Assembly (NCBI GenBank): GCA_010435995.1 | Contig: JAAGNR010000062.1 | Coordinates: 12 to 64,011 of the forward strand | Direction: 5' to 3' | Length of the DNA stretch: 64,000 bases | From: Ferrovum sp. | GTDB taxonomy: Bacteria; Pseudomonadota; Gammaproteobacteria; Burkholderiales; Ferrovaceae | Shown: one piece after another, positions 1-13,829 of the stretch | Layout of the letters: the number at the start of each line of letters is the position of its first letter | How positions within the stretch are numbered: position 1 is the stretch's first letter | Notes under the pieces: generated by a model | Database searches by the model: none | Told to the model about the DNA's origin: nothing | The model's input: only the letters and a program-made list of their open reading frames with translations | Translations under genes and position numbers: made by a program

Positions 1-832
1 GATAGCCATCGGCATAACCACAGGGGATAATCCCGATACGCGAGGGCCGCTGCGCCACAAATAACCCGCCATACCCTACGGTATCTCCGGGAGGAACCCA
101 GCGCTCGCCAAAAATCTGGGAGCGCAAGGACATTACGGGCTGCAACCCCTCTCGTGGCGATAGCACCGATCCTGCCGGATCATGACCATAGAGCATCAAA
201 CCTGGCCGTCCCCAATCGCCACGCGCTTCGGGATAGCCCAGAATCGCGGCAGAATTGGCCAAACTGGTCTCTACCGCAAGACCGGCCGTTGCTTTACAAA
301 AAAGTGCCAAAGCAGACTCGACGGCTTCCTTCCGTCCGCTATCTGCATGGGCAAAATGGGTCATAACCGTGAGTGGTCGGTGACGTGATCCTGTCTGCAG
401 CATGTGCACTATCCTCGGCAAATCCTGGGGTGAAAACCCAAGACGATGCATGCCGCTGTCCAGTTTGATCCAGAAACCGGCACCATAGTGCCCGCCTTGT
501 TTCAGGAGAGCCTGTACTTGCCATTCCTGATGAAGTACGGGGGTCAACTGATGTTTGACCACCGAGTCGAACTCGCTCGCAGAAAAAACCCCCTCGAGCA
601 CCACGACCGGCAGCGTCACCCCCGCCTGACGCAACTCTATGCCTTCCTCAACGGTAGCCACAGCAAATCCGTCTGCCACGGATGATAACGCATGGGCGCA
701 AGAAACCGCTCCATGACCATAAGCGTTGGCCTTGATCACGGCCAGCAGACGAGCGCCGTGCAACCGACGGGCCACCAGAAAGTTATTTCTGAGCCGGGAC
801 AAATCGATATAAATATGGGTGGGTCGTGACAT
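1..832 (-). CDS. alr: Alanine racemase (3' end runs off the window; missing from the ORF track)
   Basis: Manual translation from ATG at 832: MSRPTHIYIDLSRLRNN...LLAVIKANAYGHG (PLP-lysine motif); near the window edge VGYGG...IPCGYADGY. Confidence 0.95.
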   Translation of the reverse strand, partial: MSRPTHIYIDLSRLRNNFLVARRLHGARLLAVIKANAYGHGAVSCAHALSSVADGFAVATVEEGIELRQAGVTLPVVVLEGVFSASEFDSVVKHQLTPVLHQEWQVQALLKQGGHYGAGFWIKLDSGMHRLGFSPQDLPRIVHMLQTGSRHRPLTVMTHFAHADSGRKEAVESALALFCKATAGLAVETSLANSAAILGYPEARGDWGRPGLMLYGHDPAGSVLSPREGLQPVMSLRSQIFGERWVPPGDTVGYGGLFVAQRPSRIGIIPCGYADGY

Positions 833-906
833 AGTAGACAAGCGTACCTCAAATTTCCCCAAACTGGCTATGCTGTCCCAGACTCCGCCACAGGTATACT
901 GCCAAC

Positions 907-1932
907 ATGAACCGCTTATCTCCCTCATTTCAGCTTTCTCATGCATTGGTTCCCCCCTTGTGGTTGCGCCATCCTCAGGGGCAAACTTTGTATGCCGCTC
1001 TATGGGCCTCCACCCCGAAGGTTGACTGGATCCGCGAGGTCTGGAGCTGCCCGGATGGCGACGAAGTCCAAGTCGACCGCCTTGCGGGACAGCCTTCCCA
1101 GCCAGTCCTGATCCTCTTCCATGGATTGGAAGGCAGCAGTCAATCTCCCTACGTGAGGAGTCTGGCCCACGCAGCCCAGAGTGCGGGATGGCATGTCATT
1201 GCCCCAAACTTCCGGGCCTGCGGCAATGTTCTCAACCTCCTGCCGCGACTTTATCATGCAGGAGATAGTGCCGAAATCCATTGGCTATTGCACCGTGTCC
1301 GCCAGGAATTTCCCCACTCGCCGCGCTATGCCACAGGCTTTTCTCTGGGCGCCAACATGCTGCTCAAATGGCTGGGGGAACAGGAAAAATATGCGGCTTC
1401 CTGGCTCCACGGAGCAGTGGCCGTAGCCACTCCCTTCGATCTGCGCATCGTCGGCGATCATCTCGCCAAAGGATTCAACCGACTCTATACCCACCATTTT
1501 CTGAGCACCCTGAAATCCAAAGCGCAAGCCAAGCATCAACAATTTCCGGGGCTTTTCAACCTCAAACATACCCTTGGTGCGCACACTCTGCGTGACTTTG
1601 ATGACCATTGCATGGCCCCGCTTCATGGTTTCAAGGATGCGGAAGATTACTGGAAACGCAGCAGTAGCCTGCCCTGGCTGAAGCATATTGAAATTCCCAC
1701 TTTACTACTGCAGTCGCGCGACGATCCCTTTGTTCCGGTCCATGCATTGCCTGGTATTCAGGACTTGTCCTTGGCCATTCGCATGGACTTGCAACATTTT
1801 GGCGGCCATGTCGGATTTGTCGCTGGGCGGTGGCGTTGCCATACGCGCTGGATGCCCGAGCGGGTCTTAAAGTTTTTACAACATCCCGAGATCCCAACCC
1901 CTTCACAGCAGCACCCGGATATTAGAGAATGA
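907..1932 (+). CDS. YheT-family alpha/beta hydrolase
   Basis: HGLEGS, GFSLG nucleophile elbow, DDPF, GGHVGF motifs. Confidence 0.85.
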   Translation: MNRLSPSFQLSHALVPPLWLRHPQGQTLYAALWASTPKVDWIREVWSCPDGDEVQVDRLAGQPSQPVLILFHGLEGSSQSPYVRSLAHAAQSAGWHVIAPNFRACGNVLNLLPRLYHAGDSAEIHWLLHRVRQEFPHSPRYATGFSLGANMLLKWLGEQEKYAASWLHGAVAVATPFDLRIVGDHLAKGFNRLYTHHFLSTLKSKAQAKHQQFPGLFNLKHTLGAHTLRDFDDHCMAPLHGFKDAEDYWKRSSSLPWLKHIEIPTLLLQSRDDPFVPVHALPGIQDLSLAIRMDLQHFGGHVGFVAGRWRCHTRWMPERVLKFLQHPEIPTPSQQHPDIRE

Positions 1933-2031
1933 GCCTTTGCCAAGACTTTGGAATCTGCGGTTTTTACCGTGGTTCGTAAGTTCCCATTCTTAATTTAAGA
2001 ACCCCACCCCATTACTGCAAGGACCTGACTC

Positions 2032-3405
2032 ATGTTGCCCCCCCGTGAAATTTTCAAAGCTTACGATATCCGCGGCATCGTCGATCACACCCTCACGCCC
2101 GCAGGGGTCACCGCCATTGGCCAAGCCATCGGTTCCGAAGCCCGCGAACGCGGCCTCTCCACCATTGCCATTGGCCGTGATGGGCGTCTTTCCGGCCCCA
2201 CCCTTGCCAATGCTCTGGCACAGGGATTACAAAGCTGCGGCCTGACGGTCATCGATGTCGGAATGGTGGCCACCCCCATGCTGTACTTTGCTGCTCATAC
2301 CCACGCCCATGGATCTGGGGTCATGGTCACCGGTTCCCATAATCCGCCTGACTATAATGGATTAAAAATGATGCTGGGGGGCGAAACCCTTTCCGGGTCC
2401 GGCATCCAGTCCTTATACGAACGCTTGGAGAAACAGCGCCTGGTTTCAGGCCAAGGAGTTCTGACATCCCTAGACATTTCTGAGGATTATATAAAACGCA
2501 TCGTCTCCAGCGTAACCCTTGGGCGCCCCATGAAAATCGTTGTGGACAGCGGTAATGGCATTCCGGGACGCTTTGCTCCAGAGCTCTACCGCCGCATGGG
2601 ATGTACCGTTATCGAACTGTTTTGCGAAGTGGATGGACATTTCCCCAATCATCACCCCGACCCCTCCCAACCAGAAAACCTGGTGGACCTGATTCAAGCT
2701 CTGACTCAAGGCCGGGGAGAACTGGGACTGGCTTTCGACGGCGATGGGGATCGACTGGGTGTCGTCACCCGCGATGGTCAGATCATCTATCCAGACCGAC
2801 AGCTGATGTTATTTGCGGCCGACGTCCTCTCCCGCAACCCCGGCGCCGAGATCATTTTCGATGTGAAATGCACGCGCAATCTATTCTCCTGGGTACGCCA
2901 ACATGGCGGGCAACCCACTTTGTGGAAAACTGGTCATTCCCTGATCAAGACCAAAATGAAAGAAACCGGCGCCTTGCTGGCGGGGGAAATGAGCGGGCAT
3001 ACCTTTTTCAAGGAGCGGTGGTACGGTTTTGATGACGGCCTGTATGCTGGAGCACGATTGCTCGAGATTCTGAGTCGGGTCACTGATCCCAGCGCCACCC
3101 TCAACGCCCTGCCCGATGCTGTCACCACGCCCGAGTTACAGATCCGACTGCAAGAAGGGGAGAATTTCTCGATCATCGAGGCCTTGCAGCAATCCGGCCA
3201 GTTTCCCGGATCCGTGGAACGCATCACTCTGGATGGAGTGCGCATAGAATATGCTGATGGCTTTGGACTGGCGCGCTCCAGTAACACTACACCCGTCATC
3301 GTGTTGCGCTTTGAGGCAGATGATGCTGCGGCACTCTCACGAATTCAATCTGATTTCAAAAGAGAAATTCTGAAAATAAAAGCAGATGCACGCTTCCCTT
3401 ATTAA
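2032..3405 (+). CDS. algC: Phosphomannomutase/phosphoglucomutase (AlgC-like)
   Basis: FKAYDIRG, TGSHNP phosphoserine loop, FDGDGDR, GEMSGH. Confidence 0.93.
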   Translation: MLPPREIFKAYDIRGIVDHTLTPAGVTAIGQAIGSEARERGLSTIAIGRDGRLSGPTLANALAQGLQSCGLTVIDVGMVATPMLYFAAHTHAHGSGVMVTGSHNPPDYNGLKMMLGGETLSGSGIQSLYERLEKQRLVSGQGVLTSLDISEDYIKRIVSSVTLGRPMKIVVDSGNGIPGRFAPELYRRMGCTVIELFCEVDGHFPNHHPDPSQPENLVDLIQALTQGRGELGLAFDGDGDRLGVVTRDGQIIYPDRQLMLFAADVLSRNPGAEIIFDVKCTRNLFSWVRQHGGQPTLWKTGHSLIKTKMKETGALLAGEMSGHTFFKERWYGFDDGLYAGARLLEILSRVTDPSATLNALPDAVTTPELQIRLQEGENFSIIEALQQSGQFPGSVERITLDGVRIEYADGFGLARSSNTTPVIVLRFEADDAAALSRIQSDFKREILKIKADARFPY

Positions 3406-3459
3406 AGACGAAAATTTTTTACTTGAATTTTTTTTCATTTTACCGGATGATCACTCTCT

Positions 3460-3555
3460 GGCGGGTCTCCCCGCATTGTAGTGCGGTCAATCTGGTCAGG
3501 TCCGGAAGGAAGCAGCCACAGCCGCATACTGCAAGTGCCGGGGGTCGGGCTCGCC
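3460..3555 (+). ncRNA. ffs: Signal recognition particle 4.5S RNA
   Basis: Conserved TCAGGTCCGGAAGGAAGCAGC core inside a long hairpin GGCGGG...CTCGCC; sits upstream of dnaX. Confidence 0.95.
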
Positions 3556-3583
3556 ACCTTCCTTTGATCTCATTTTCTTTGTC

Positions 3584-4132
3584 ATGAAACATTTCTTACG
3601 CGGCATGTTCGCGCTGGCGCTTCCAACATTCTTCCTGATTCCTACCGCTCAGGCTCAAGATGCCGTTTCTGTGGAAGCGGGCTACGGCAATCACACCGAT
3701 ATGGAGCGCCTATCCTGGTCGCGTGCTTGGGCGTCGCGCTGGTTTACCGACCATTCCTGGGCTGTTGGGGGCTACTGGGATGTCAGCGTGGGCCACTGGA
3801 CCCCCCACGCCTCTTCTGGAAGCAATCTTGAAGTCAATGATTACAGCATCACCCCAGTGTTCCGTTATGCCCCCACCCAAGCCACTGGGAACTATATTCC
3901 TTTTCTCGAGGCCGGCATCGGCGCTCATTACCTCAGTCAGCATGACCTGTACTCCGGTCATGACATGAGTACCCATTTCCAGTTTGGCGACCATGTCGGC
4001 GCCGGCTTGACCCTCGGGCCGCAGCATGACTGGGATGTGATGATGCGCTTGCAACATCTCTCCAATGCCGGCATACAAAACCCGAACCCCGGCATCAATT
4101 TTATCCAACTGCGTTTATCTCACTGGTACTGA
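3584..4132 (+). CDS. pagL: Lipid A 3-O-deacylase PagL family (acyloxyacyl hydrolase) outer-membrane beta-barrel
   Basis: Signal peptide, EAGIG, FQFGD, catalytic HLSNAG..NPG motif, aromatic C-terminus. Confidence 0.85.
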   Translation: MKHFLRGMFALALPTFFLIPTAQAQDAVSVEAGYGNHTDMERLSWSRAWASRWFTDHSWAVGGYWDVSVGHWTPHASSGSNLEVNDYSITPVFRYAPTQATGNYIPFLEAGIGAHYLSQHDLYSGHDMSTHFQFGDHVGAGLTLGPQHDWDVMMRLQHLSNAGIQNPNPGINFIQLRLSHWY

Positions 4133-4133
4133 C

Positions 4134-5744
4134 ATGACCACTCCCCCGTCACAGGTTCTGGCACGCAAATGGCGCCCACGTACCTTTGACGATATGGTGG
4201 GGCAATCCTCTGTAGTACAGGCCTTGCGCCACGCCCTAAAAAGCGGGAGATTACACCAAGCTTACCTGTTGACGGGAACTCGGGGGGTAGGAAAAACCAC
4301 CTTGGCCCGACTTTTGGCAAAAGGACTGAATTGCGAATCCGGCCCAACGGATACGCCTTGCGGAACCTGTTCTGCTTGCCTCAGCATCGATCAAGGACGC
4401 TTTGCTGATCTGCTGGAAGTGGATGCCGCAACCAACACCCGTGTTGAAGAAATGCGTGAGCTTTTGGAAAACACGCAGTACCTCCCCGTAGCAGGAAGAT
4501 TCAAAGTCTATTTGATCGATGAAGTACACATGCTCTCCCGTTCAGCCTTCAATGCCATGCTGAAAACCCTCGAAGAGCCACCGCCCCATGTCAAGTTTAT
4601 TCTGGCCACCACCGACCCGCAAAAGGTGCCCGTCACCGTCCTGTCGCGGTGTTTACAGTTTTCCCTGCGCCCCCTCCCTGCCCGCCAAATCCAGGAACGA
4701 TTGCACTTTGTGCTGGAGCAAGAGGGACTGACTTTCGATGAACACGCTTTGCCCCTCCTGGCAGAGGCTGCCCAAGGAAGCGTACGGGACGCCTTGAGTT
4801 TGCTGGACCAAGCCCTCGCCTACGGCAGCGGCGAAGTCAGGCGCGACGCGGTTCGCGCCATGTTGGGCACGCTGGAACGCAATTCTCTGTTACACCTCTT
4901 GGAATCTCTGGCACAACAGAACGCACCCCAACTACTGGCCATCGCCGACGAGATGGCTGAGCACAGCCTCTCCTTTGACCATGCCCTGCAAGAACTGGCG
5001 GTCCTGTTTCATGACCTCGCTCTGGTGCAAGCAGCTCCTATGGCACCCACCCTGCAAGAAAGCGCCCATGATCTGCAAAATCTGGTTACCCACTGGGATC
5101 CGACGACGCTTCAATTGCTCTATCAAATTACGGTCCAAGCGCGCAAAGACTTGCCCTATGCCCCAGATGAGCGTTCCGGATTTAGGATGAGTCTGCTGCG
5201 CCTGCTGGCGTTCCAACCCGGTTCACCCCCTTCTCCTGAGCCATCGGTGACCCACGCCCCATCCCAGATAATCTCTCAACCCCTTCCCCTGTACTCTGCG
5301 GCGCCCCCTGATACGCCCCTTCCTCCGATCGTCCAGACTCCCATTCCTCCGGCCATCGACGACTGGACCGCTTTAGTCAAACGTCTTTCCCATACAGGGC
5401 TGACCTACGAATTGGCCCGCCATGCGGAGTGGCTGGGAACCCAGCATCACCAGATCCGCTTACGCTTACCCCGGTCCCACGCCCATCTCTTATCCTTTCA
5501 GGAGTCTTTGCGAACGGATCTTGAAGCCATATTGCGCTGTGATTTGAAACTTCACATTGAATTGGGTGAATCCTCTGGTGAAAGTTTGGCCGATCAGGAG
5601 TCTCGCGCCTATCAAATTTCTCAGCACAAGGCCACGGAAACCCTCAAACATGACCCTCTGGTGCAAGCTCTCAGTAGCTCCCTGCAGGCTACACTGGTAG
5701 AATCCAGCGTGAAACCCATCTCTATCCCACATCGCGAGGAATGA
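4134..5744 (+). CDS. dnaX: DNA polymerase III subunit gamma/tau
   Basis: LARKWRP, GTRGVGKTT Walker A, Zn cysteines, DEVHML; start reassigned to ATG 4134. Confidence 0.96.
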   Translation: MTTPPSQVLARKWRPRTFDDMVGQSSVVQALRHALKSGRLHQAYLLTGTRGVGKTTLARLLAKGLNCESGPTDTPCGTCSACLSIDQGRFADLLEVDAATNTRVEEMRELLENTQYLPVAGRFKVYLIDEVHMLSRSAFNAMLKTLEEPPPHVKFILATTDPQKVPVTVLSRCLQFSLRPLPARQIQERLHFVLEQEGLTFDEHALPLLAEAAQGSVRDALSLLDQALAYGSGEVRRDAVRAMLGTLERNSLLHLLESLAQQNAPQLLAIADEMAEHSLSFDHALQELAVLFHDLALVQAAPMAPTLQESAHDLQNLVTHWDPTTLQLLYQITVQARKDLPYAPDERSGFRMSLLRLLAFQPGSPPSPEPSVTHAPSQIISQPLPLYSAAPPDTPLPPIVQTPIPPAIDDWTALVKRLSHTGLTYELARHAEWLGTQHHQIRLRLPRSHAHLLSFQESLRTDLEAILRCDLKLHIELGESSGESLADQESRAYQISQHKATETLKHDPLVQALSSSLQATLVESSVKPISIPHREE

Positions 5745-5745
5745 C

Positions 5746-6069
5746 ATGCTCAAGGGCGGTATTGCAGGTCTAATGAAGCAGGCCCAGAAAGTCCAGGACA
5801 ATATGCGTCGAGCCCAGGAAGAATTGGCCCAAATTGAAGTGGAAGGCCAGGCAGGCGCAGGTGCCGTCAAAATTCGCAGCACCTGCACCCATGAGATTCG
5901 CCAGGTGCAGATCGACGAATCCCTGATGACTGACCGAGAAATGCTGGAAGACCTTTTGCGCGTAGCCCTAAACGATCTGAACCGTCACATCGATGAAACC
6001 ACCCAGAAACAGATGGCTGGAATGACCGGAGGGCTAAATCTTCCTCCTGGTATGAAATTGCCGTTCTGA
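5746..6069 (+). CDS. ybaB: YbaB/EbfC nucleoid-associated protein
   Basis: MKQAQ..., EDL, C-terminal LPPGMKLPF; dnaX-ybaB-recR synteny. Confidence 0.93.
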   Translation: MLKGGIAGLMKQAQKVQDNMRRAQEELAQIEVEGQAGAGAVKIRSTCTHEIRQVQIDESLMTDREMLEDLLRVALNDLNRHIDETTQKQMAGMTGGLNLPPGMKLPF

Positions 6070-6075
6070 TCATCC

Positions 6076-9452
<3,377 letters not shown>

Positions 9453-9480
9453 GTCGCGTCAGTATCCATGCGTTAACATC

Positions 9481-10185
9481 ATGCCCCATCAGTGTATTGT
9501 TATTCTGCCAGCAGGAGGAACGGGAAGTCGATTTGGCGCTGCCGTTCCCAAGCAGTTTACCCTGCTCAAGGGAATTCCGTTACTCAGTCATACCCTGAAA
9601 ATCTTTGCGGGTCATCCCAGGATTGCCCATATTTATGTCATTCTGGCCCCTGCCATGGCCACTACGTTTGCCCACGATATCTCTACAGATGCCACCACCG
9701 TGCTCTACTGCGCCGGCCAAACTCGCGCCGACACGGTTCGTAACGCATTAATGGAGATAAGAAAATCTTTTGTCGACCAGACCTGGGTATTGGTTCACGA
9801 TGCCGCCCGTCCGTGCCTGTCTCGCCAAGCCCTTGACCGTATGCTGGACACCCTCTGGGACGACGCGGTGGGCGGACTCTTGGCAGTGCCTGTGGCCGAT
9901 ACTCTGAAATTGGAAGATTCCACACAGCGCGTCCAGAGAACCGTAGATCGCCGCGGGCTGTGGGCCGCCCAAACTCCCCAGATGTTTCGCCTGCAACCTC
10001 TGTTACAGGCGCTTTCTGACCATTCCGGCGCCACCGACGAATCTTCGGCTATGGAAAAACAAGGCTATGCTCCACGCCTCGTCATGGGAGAAAGCAGCAA
10101 TCTCAAAGTAACTTATCCGGCCGACTTGCTATTGGCCCAATACATTCTGGAGACACCTGCACATGCGCATCGGTCAGGGCTTTGA
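9481..10185 (+). CDS. ispD: 2-C-methyl-D-erythritol 4-phosphate cytidylyltransferase
   Basis: [30 protein letters not shown]. Confidence 0.95.
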   Translation: MPHQCIVILPAGGTGSRFGAAVPKQFTLLKGIPLLSHTLKIFAGHPRIAHIYVILAPAMATTFAHDISTDATTVLYCAGQTRADTVRNALMEIRKSFVDQTWVLVHDAARPCLSRQALDRMLDTLWDDAVGGLLAVPVADTLKLEDSTQRVQRTVDRRGLWAAQTPQMFRLQPLLQALSDHSGATDESSAMEKQGYAPRLVMGESSNLKVTYPADLLLAQYILETPAHAHRSGL

Positions 10186-10669
10186 TGTTCACGCACTGGT
10201 TCCAGGCAGAAAACTGATCCTGGGGGGAGTAACCATTCCCTTTGATCGCGGTCTGGACGGTCATTCCGATGCCGATGTCTTGCTCCACGCCATCTGCGAT
10301 GCCCTGCTAGGGGCGGCAAGTCTGGGTGACATTGGCCATCATTTTCCTGATACGGATCCTGCCTATAAAAACGCCGACAGTCGCCATCTGTTACGTACCG
10401 TCTATGCTGCGATCAAGCATAAGGGATTCAGACTGGGCAACCTCGACGCCACCGTCATCGCCCAATCCCCCAAACTGGCGCCTTATCTGTCAGCCATGCT
10501 CGACCATCTCTCGCAAGATCTGGAAATCCCCCGCCACTGCCTGAATTTAAAAGCCACAACGACGGAATATCTTGGATTTACCGGACGCGGTGAAGGCATT
10601 GCCGCCCAAGCCGTCTGTTTATTGGAACCGCACCCGATACAGCTGGCAACTCAAAGTTCGAGCCAGTGA
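10163..10669 (+). CDS. ispF: 2-C-methyl-D-erythritol 2,4-cyclodiphosphate synthase
   Basis: [30 protein letters not shown]. Confidence 0.97.
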   Translation: MRIGQGFDVHALVPGRKLILGGVTIPFDRGLDGHSDADVLLHAICDALLGAASLGDIGHHFPDTDPAYKNADSRHLLRTVYAAIKHKGFRLGNLDATVIAQSPKLAPYLSAMLDHLSQDLEIPRHCLNLKATTTEYLGFTGRGEGIAAQAVCLLEPHPIQLATQSSSQ

Positions 10670-11256
10670 CCCAAGCGCTGCCGCTTGGTCTCAAGATAAG
10701 CACGGGTATCCTCATGGACTGGAACCTGTAAGGGAATACGCTCGATAATTTCCAGAGGAGAACGACTCATTTGTCTTAATTTATCTGGATTATTGGTCAG
10801 CAGTTGTACTCGGGAGACTCCCAGAGCACAAAGGATATCCACTGCCGCATCATAACCGCGAGCATCGATAGGTAAACCAAGATGGATATTGGCATCCACG
10901 GTGTCCAACCCTTTTTCTTGCAAAGCATAGGCGGCCAGTTTGGCCCCCAGCCCGATGCCCCGTCCTTCCTGTCCGCGCAGATAAATCAGTACCCCCCGTT
11001 CGGCAGCGGCAACTTTTCTGAGGGCCAGATCCAGTTGAGGACCGCAATCACAACGGCGCGATGAAAACACATCCCCCGTCAGGCACTCCGAGTGCACGCG
11101 CACCAATACTGGGGTATCTCCGGCAACTTCACCATGGGTCAACACCAGATGTTCGACCCCATCCACCGTAAATACCCGAGCGCTGAACTCACCGTGAAGA
11201 GTGGGCAAACGCACCCAGGGGGCTGAATTCATTTCTACCGAAAACCCTAGAGCCAC
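10651..11256 (-). CDS. ribA: GTP cyclohydrolase II
   Basis: [15 protein letters not shown] Zn ligands, [12 protein letters not shown]. Confidence 0.95.
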   Translation of the reverse strand: MALGFSVEMNSAPWVRLPTLHGEFSARVFTVDGVEHLVLTHGEVAGDTPVLVRVHSECLTGDVFSSRRCDCGPQLDLALRKVAAAERGVLIYLRGQEGRGIGLGAKLAAYALQEKGLDTVDANIHLGLPIDARGYDAAVDILCALGVSRVQLLTNNPDKLRQMSRSPLEIIERIPLQVPVHEDTRAYLETKRQRLGHWLEL

Positions 11257-11324
11257 GAACTCCCCCCTATTACAATGCGGCGGTGAAAAAAGAACGTCAT
11301 TCTAGCAAAGCTGCCATGCCTTCG

Positions 11325-11969
11325 TCAGCGCCGCCGCGCCGTGGCGATCACACCCGCACACAACAGTGAAAAGCTCAAAACCACCCAGTCCCGGCGCAAC
11401 AGCGCCACCCCGTGCCATAGCGGATCGGTCAAGATCATTTGTCCGCCCACCTGCCCCAGCAAAGCTCCACCAACACGCATCAGAAAAGGATATTTATCCA
11501 ACAAACGTGCCAACAGTGCACTGCCCACCACAACGAAGGGCAAACTGGTGACCAGCCCAAAAATCAGCAATCGCTCATCCCCTTGAGCCACAGCAGCCAA
11601 GGTCAAAACATTATCCAGACTCATAATCACATCGGCAATTAGAATCAAGCGAATGGCTGCCCAATACCCCTCTACTTGCGCGTTATGGGTCTCTGCCGAC
11701 ACTGCTGGAACCACCAAGCGGTACCCCATCGCCAATAAAAAAATCCCGCCGATGGTTTGCACCCAAGGTAAATGCAACAAGGACGCGGCTACGAAAGTCA
11801 GTCCAATTCGCAGCACAACAGCCCCCACACTGCCCCACAACACAGCTGACCGCCGCCGCAAAGGGTCAAGCCGTTGTGCAGCAGCCGCAATGACGACGGC
11901 ATTATCTCCACTAAGGACCAGATTGATCGCCACAATCTGGCCGAGAGCCCACCCAAATCCCGCAGTCAT
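11325..11969 (-). CDS. TerC/YjbE-family membrane protein
   Basis: LSGDNAVVIA and DVIMSLDNV motifs, several TM segments. Confidence 0.85.
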   Translation of the reverse strand: MTAGFGWALGQIVAINLVLSGDNAVVIAAAAQRLDPLRRRSAVLWGSVGAVVLRIGLTFVAASLLHLPWVQTIGGIFLLAMGYRLVVPAVSAETHNAQVEGYWAAIRLILIADVIMSLDNVLTLAAVAQGDERLLIFGLVTSLPFVVVGSALLARLLDKYPFLMRVGGALLGQVGGQMILTDPLWHGVALLRRDWVVLSFSLLCAGVIATARRR

Positions 11970-11973
11970 ACCC

Positions 11974-12978
11974 TCAAGGATGGTCCACAGTCAACACGAT
12001 TTTGCCGATATGGGTACTGCTTTCCATCAATTCATGGGCCAGTGACGCCTGATGCAAAGGAAATTGAGCATGAATCACCGGTTTAATTTTCCCTGTTTCA
12101 AGAAGTGGCCAAACCTTCTCATGCAACTTGCGCGCAACCTCGGCCTTAAAATCCACCCCCCGAGCCCGCAGGGTCGACCCCGTCAGAGTCAGGCGACGAC
12201 GCATCATATCGGCCAGATCCACTTGACCCTTGGAACCGCGCAGAAAAGCAATCAATACCAGCCGGCCATCTTCAGCCAACGCCTTCATTTCCCGTGGGAT
12301 ATAGTCACCCCCGACCATATCCAGAATGACATCCACACCACACCCATGGGTCTGGGCACGGATCACTTCCACAAAATCCTCAGTGGTATAGTTGATGGCT
12401 CGCTCGGCCCCCAGGGATTCGCAGGCTGCACATTTTTCCGCCGAACCCGCTGTGGCAAATACCCGATGCCCCAGCGCTCGCGCCAGTTGAATCGCCGTTG
12501 TCCCAATTCCACTGCCTCCCCCCTGAACCAAAAAGGTTTCCCCGGGTTTGAGCGCAGCTCGGTCAAACACATTACTCCATACCGTAAAAAACGTTTCTGG
12601 CAAGGCTGCCGCCATAACACTGGTAAATCCTTGGGGATAAGGCAAGCAGGTCAAGGCAGGGGCCACACAATATTCGGCATACCCTCCTCCCGCCACCAAT
12701 GCACAGACCCGATCTCCTGCATTCCATAGGGTGACGCCCTCGCCTACAGCTACTACTTCCCCAGCCACTTCCAACCCAGGCAAATCTGATGCATCTGCCG
12801 GCGGAGGATAAAAACCCGCACGTTGAAAGCAATCTGGCCGATTGATCCCCGCAGCATCTACTCGGATCAGTACTTCACCCAAACCCGGATGAGGGCGGGG
12901 CCGGGTCACCCATTTCAACACTTCCGGCCCACCGGAACTAGATATTTCTACACACCCCATGTGTAATGACTGATTCAT
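11974..12978 (-). CDS. NAD(P)H-quinone oxidoreductase (PIG3/zeta-crystallin type)
   Basis: GINRPD, GLEVAG, GGGSGIG, TGSTLR, HIGKIVL; GAAGGAGG RBS before ATG 12978. Confidence 0.9.
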   Translation of the reverse strand: MNQSLHMGCVEISSSGGPEVLKWVTRPRPHPGLGEVLIRVDAAGINRPDCFQRAGFYPPPADASDLPGLEVAGEVVAVGEGVTLWNAGDRVCALVAGGGYAEYCVAPALTCLPYPQGFTSVMAAALPETFFTVWSNVFDRAALKPGETFLVQGGGSGIGTTAIQLARALGHRVFATAGSAEKCAACESLGAERAINYTTEDFVEVIRAQTHGCGVDVILDMVGGDYIPREMKALAEDGRLVLIAFLRGSKGQVDLADMMRRRLTLTGSTLRARGVDFKAEVARKLHEKVWPLLETGKIKPVIHAQFPLHQASLAHELMESSTHIGKIVLTVDHP

Positions 12979-13089
12979 GGTGCCTCCTTCAAATTCATCC
13001 CTCAGGGAAACCGTTAATAACCAACGTAACCGCATCCCCAACCTTTCCACAAGGGAGCATAGCATACCCGCCTATGGGATAATCTACCC

Positions 13090-13632
13090 ATGATGCCCAA
13101 AATTATGCCCTGTTTTCGCCGAGACCCTTGGTTCCCTCGAACATTGCGCCAGCGCCATACGCCCCACCATCACCTTTGGCTCAATCGCAAAGGATCGTTG
13201 ACCGCTCGACTCAGATCTGCCACCCATCACTTTCAGGTAAAAATTCTTTTTCAAGGACGCCGCAAAGCTTTTCCTGATGAAGCCAGACTGCTCACCGCAC
13301 ACTCGCGGGCCAGGGTCTGGACCCGCGAAGTCCTGCTTTGCGACGGGGACCACCCCTTAGTATTTGCGCACAGCGTTCTGCCCTACAACTCGTTGCGCGG
13401 CCCGTGGCGCAAATTCACGACATTGGGCAACCGCCCTATGGGAGAGAAGCTCTTTTCCACACCAAGTATTCACCGAGGTCCTTTGCATTTCCGCAAATTG
13501 CCTCCTATCCATCCCTTGCGCCGATCAACCCAACCCTATTCATCCAGCGTAGCTCCCTGGGCCCGCCGATCCCTGTTTCTCGACCGCACCGGCCCCTTGC
13601 TCGTCACTGAAATATTTTTACACTTACCCTGA
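13090..13632 (+). CDS. ubiC: Chorismate--pyruvate lyase
   Basis: GSLTARL, REVLL, FAHS, LGNRPMG, WARRSLF, LLVTEIFL. Confidence 0.88.
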   Translation: MMPKIMPCFRRDPWFPRTLRQRHTPHHHLWLNRKGSLTARLRSATHHFQVKILFQGRRKAFPDEARLLTAHSRARVWTREVLLCDGDHPLVFAHSVLPYNSLRGPWRKFTTLGNRPMGEKLFSTPSIHRGPLHFRKLPPIHPLRRSTQPYSSSVAPWARRSLFLDRTGPLLVTEIFLHLP

Positions 13633-13829
13633 TCTGTTCGCCCAAACTCCCTCGTCAACCAAGGAATACCCTCTAAAATATCACCGAAAAATGGTTTTTT
13701 TGTGATTTTTTCGGGATACGGCGTCAACACCTTGTACTTTTTGCACAAATTATCAATTTTTCTTTTATAATTCAAGCTGACTTGGAAACCTCCGAAACAA
13801 TAACGCAACTTTGCGCGCGACAAGGATTT

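Noticed and set aside
4134-5744. Programmed -1 frameshift in dnaX (gamma/tau)
   Set aside because: No A-AAA-AAG slippery site or long A-run seen
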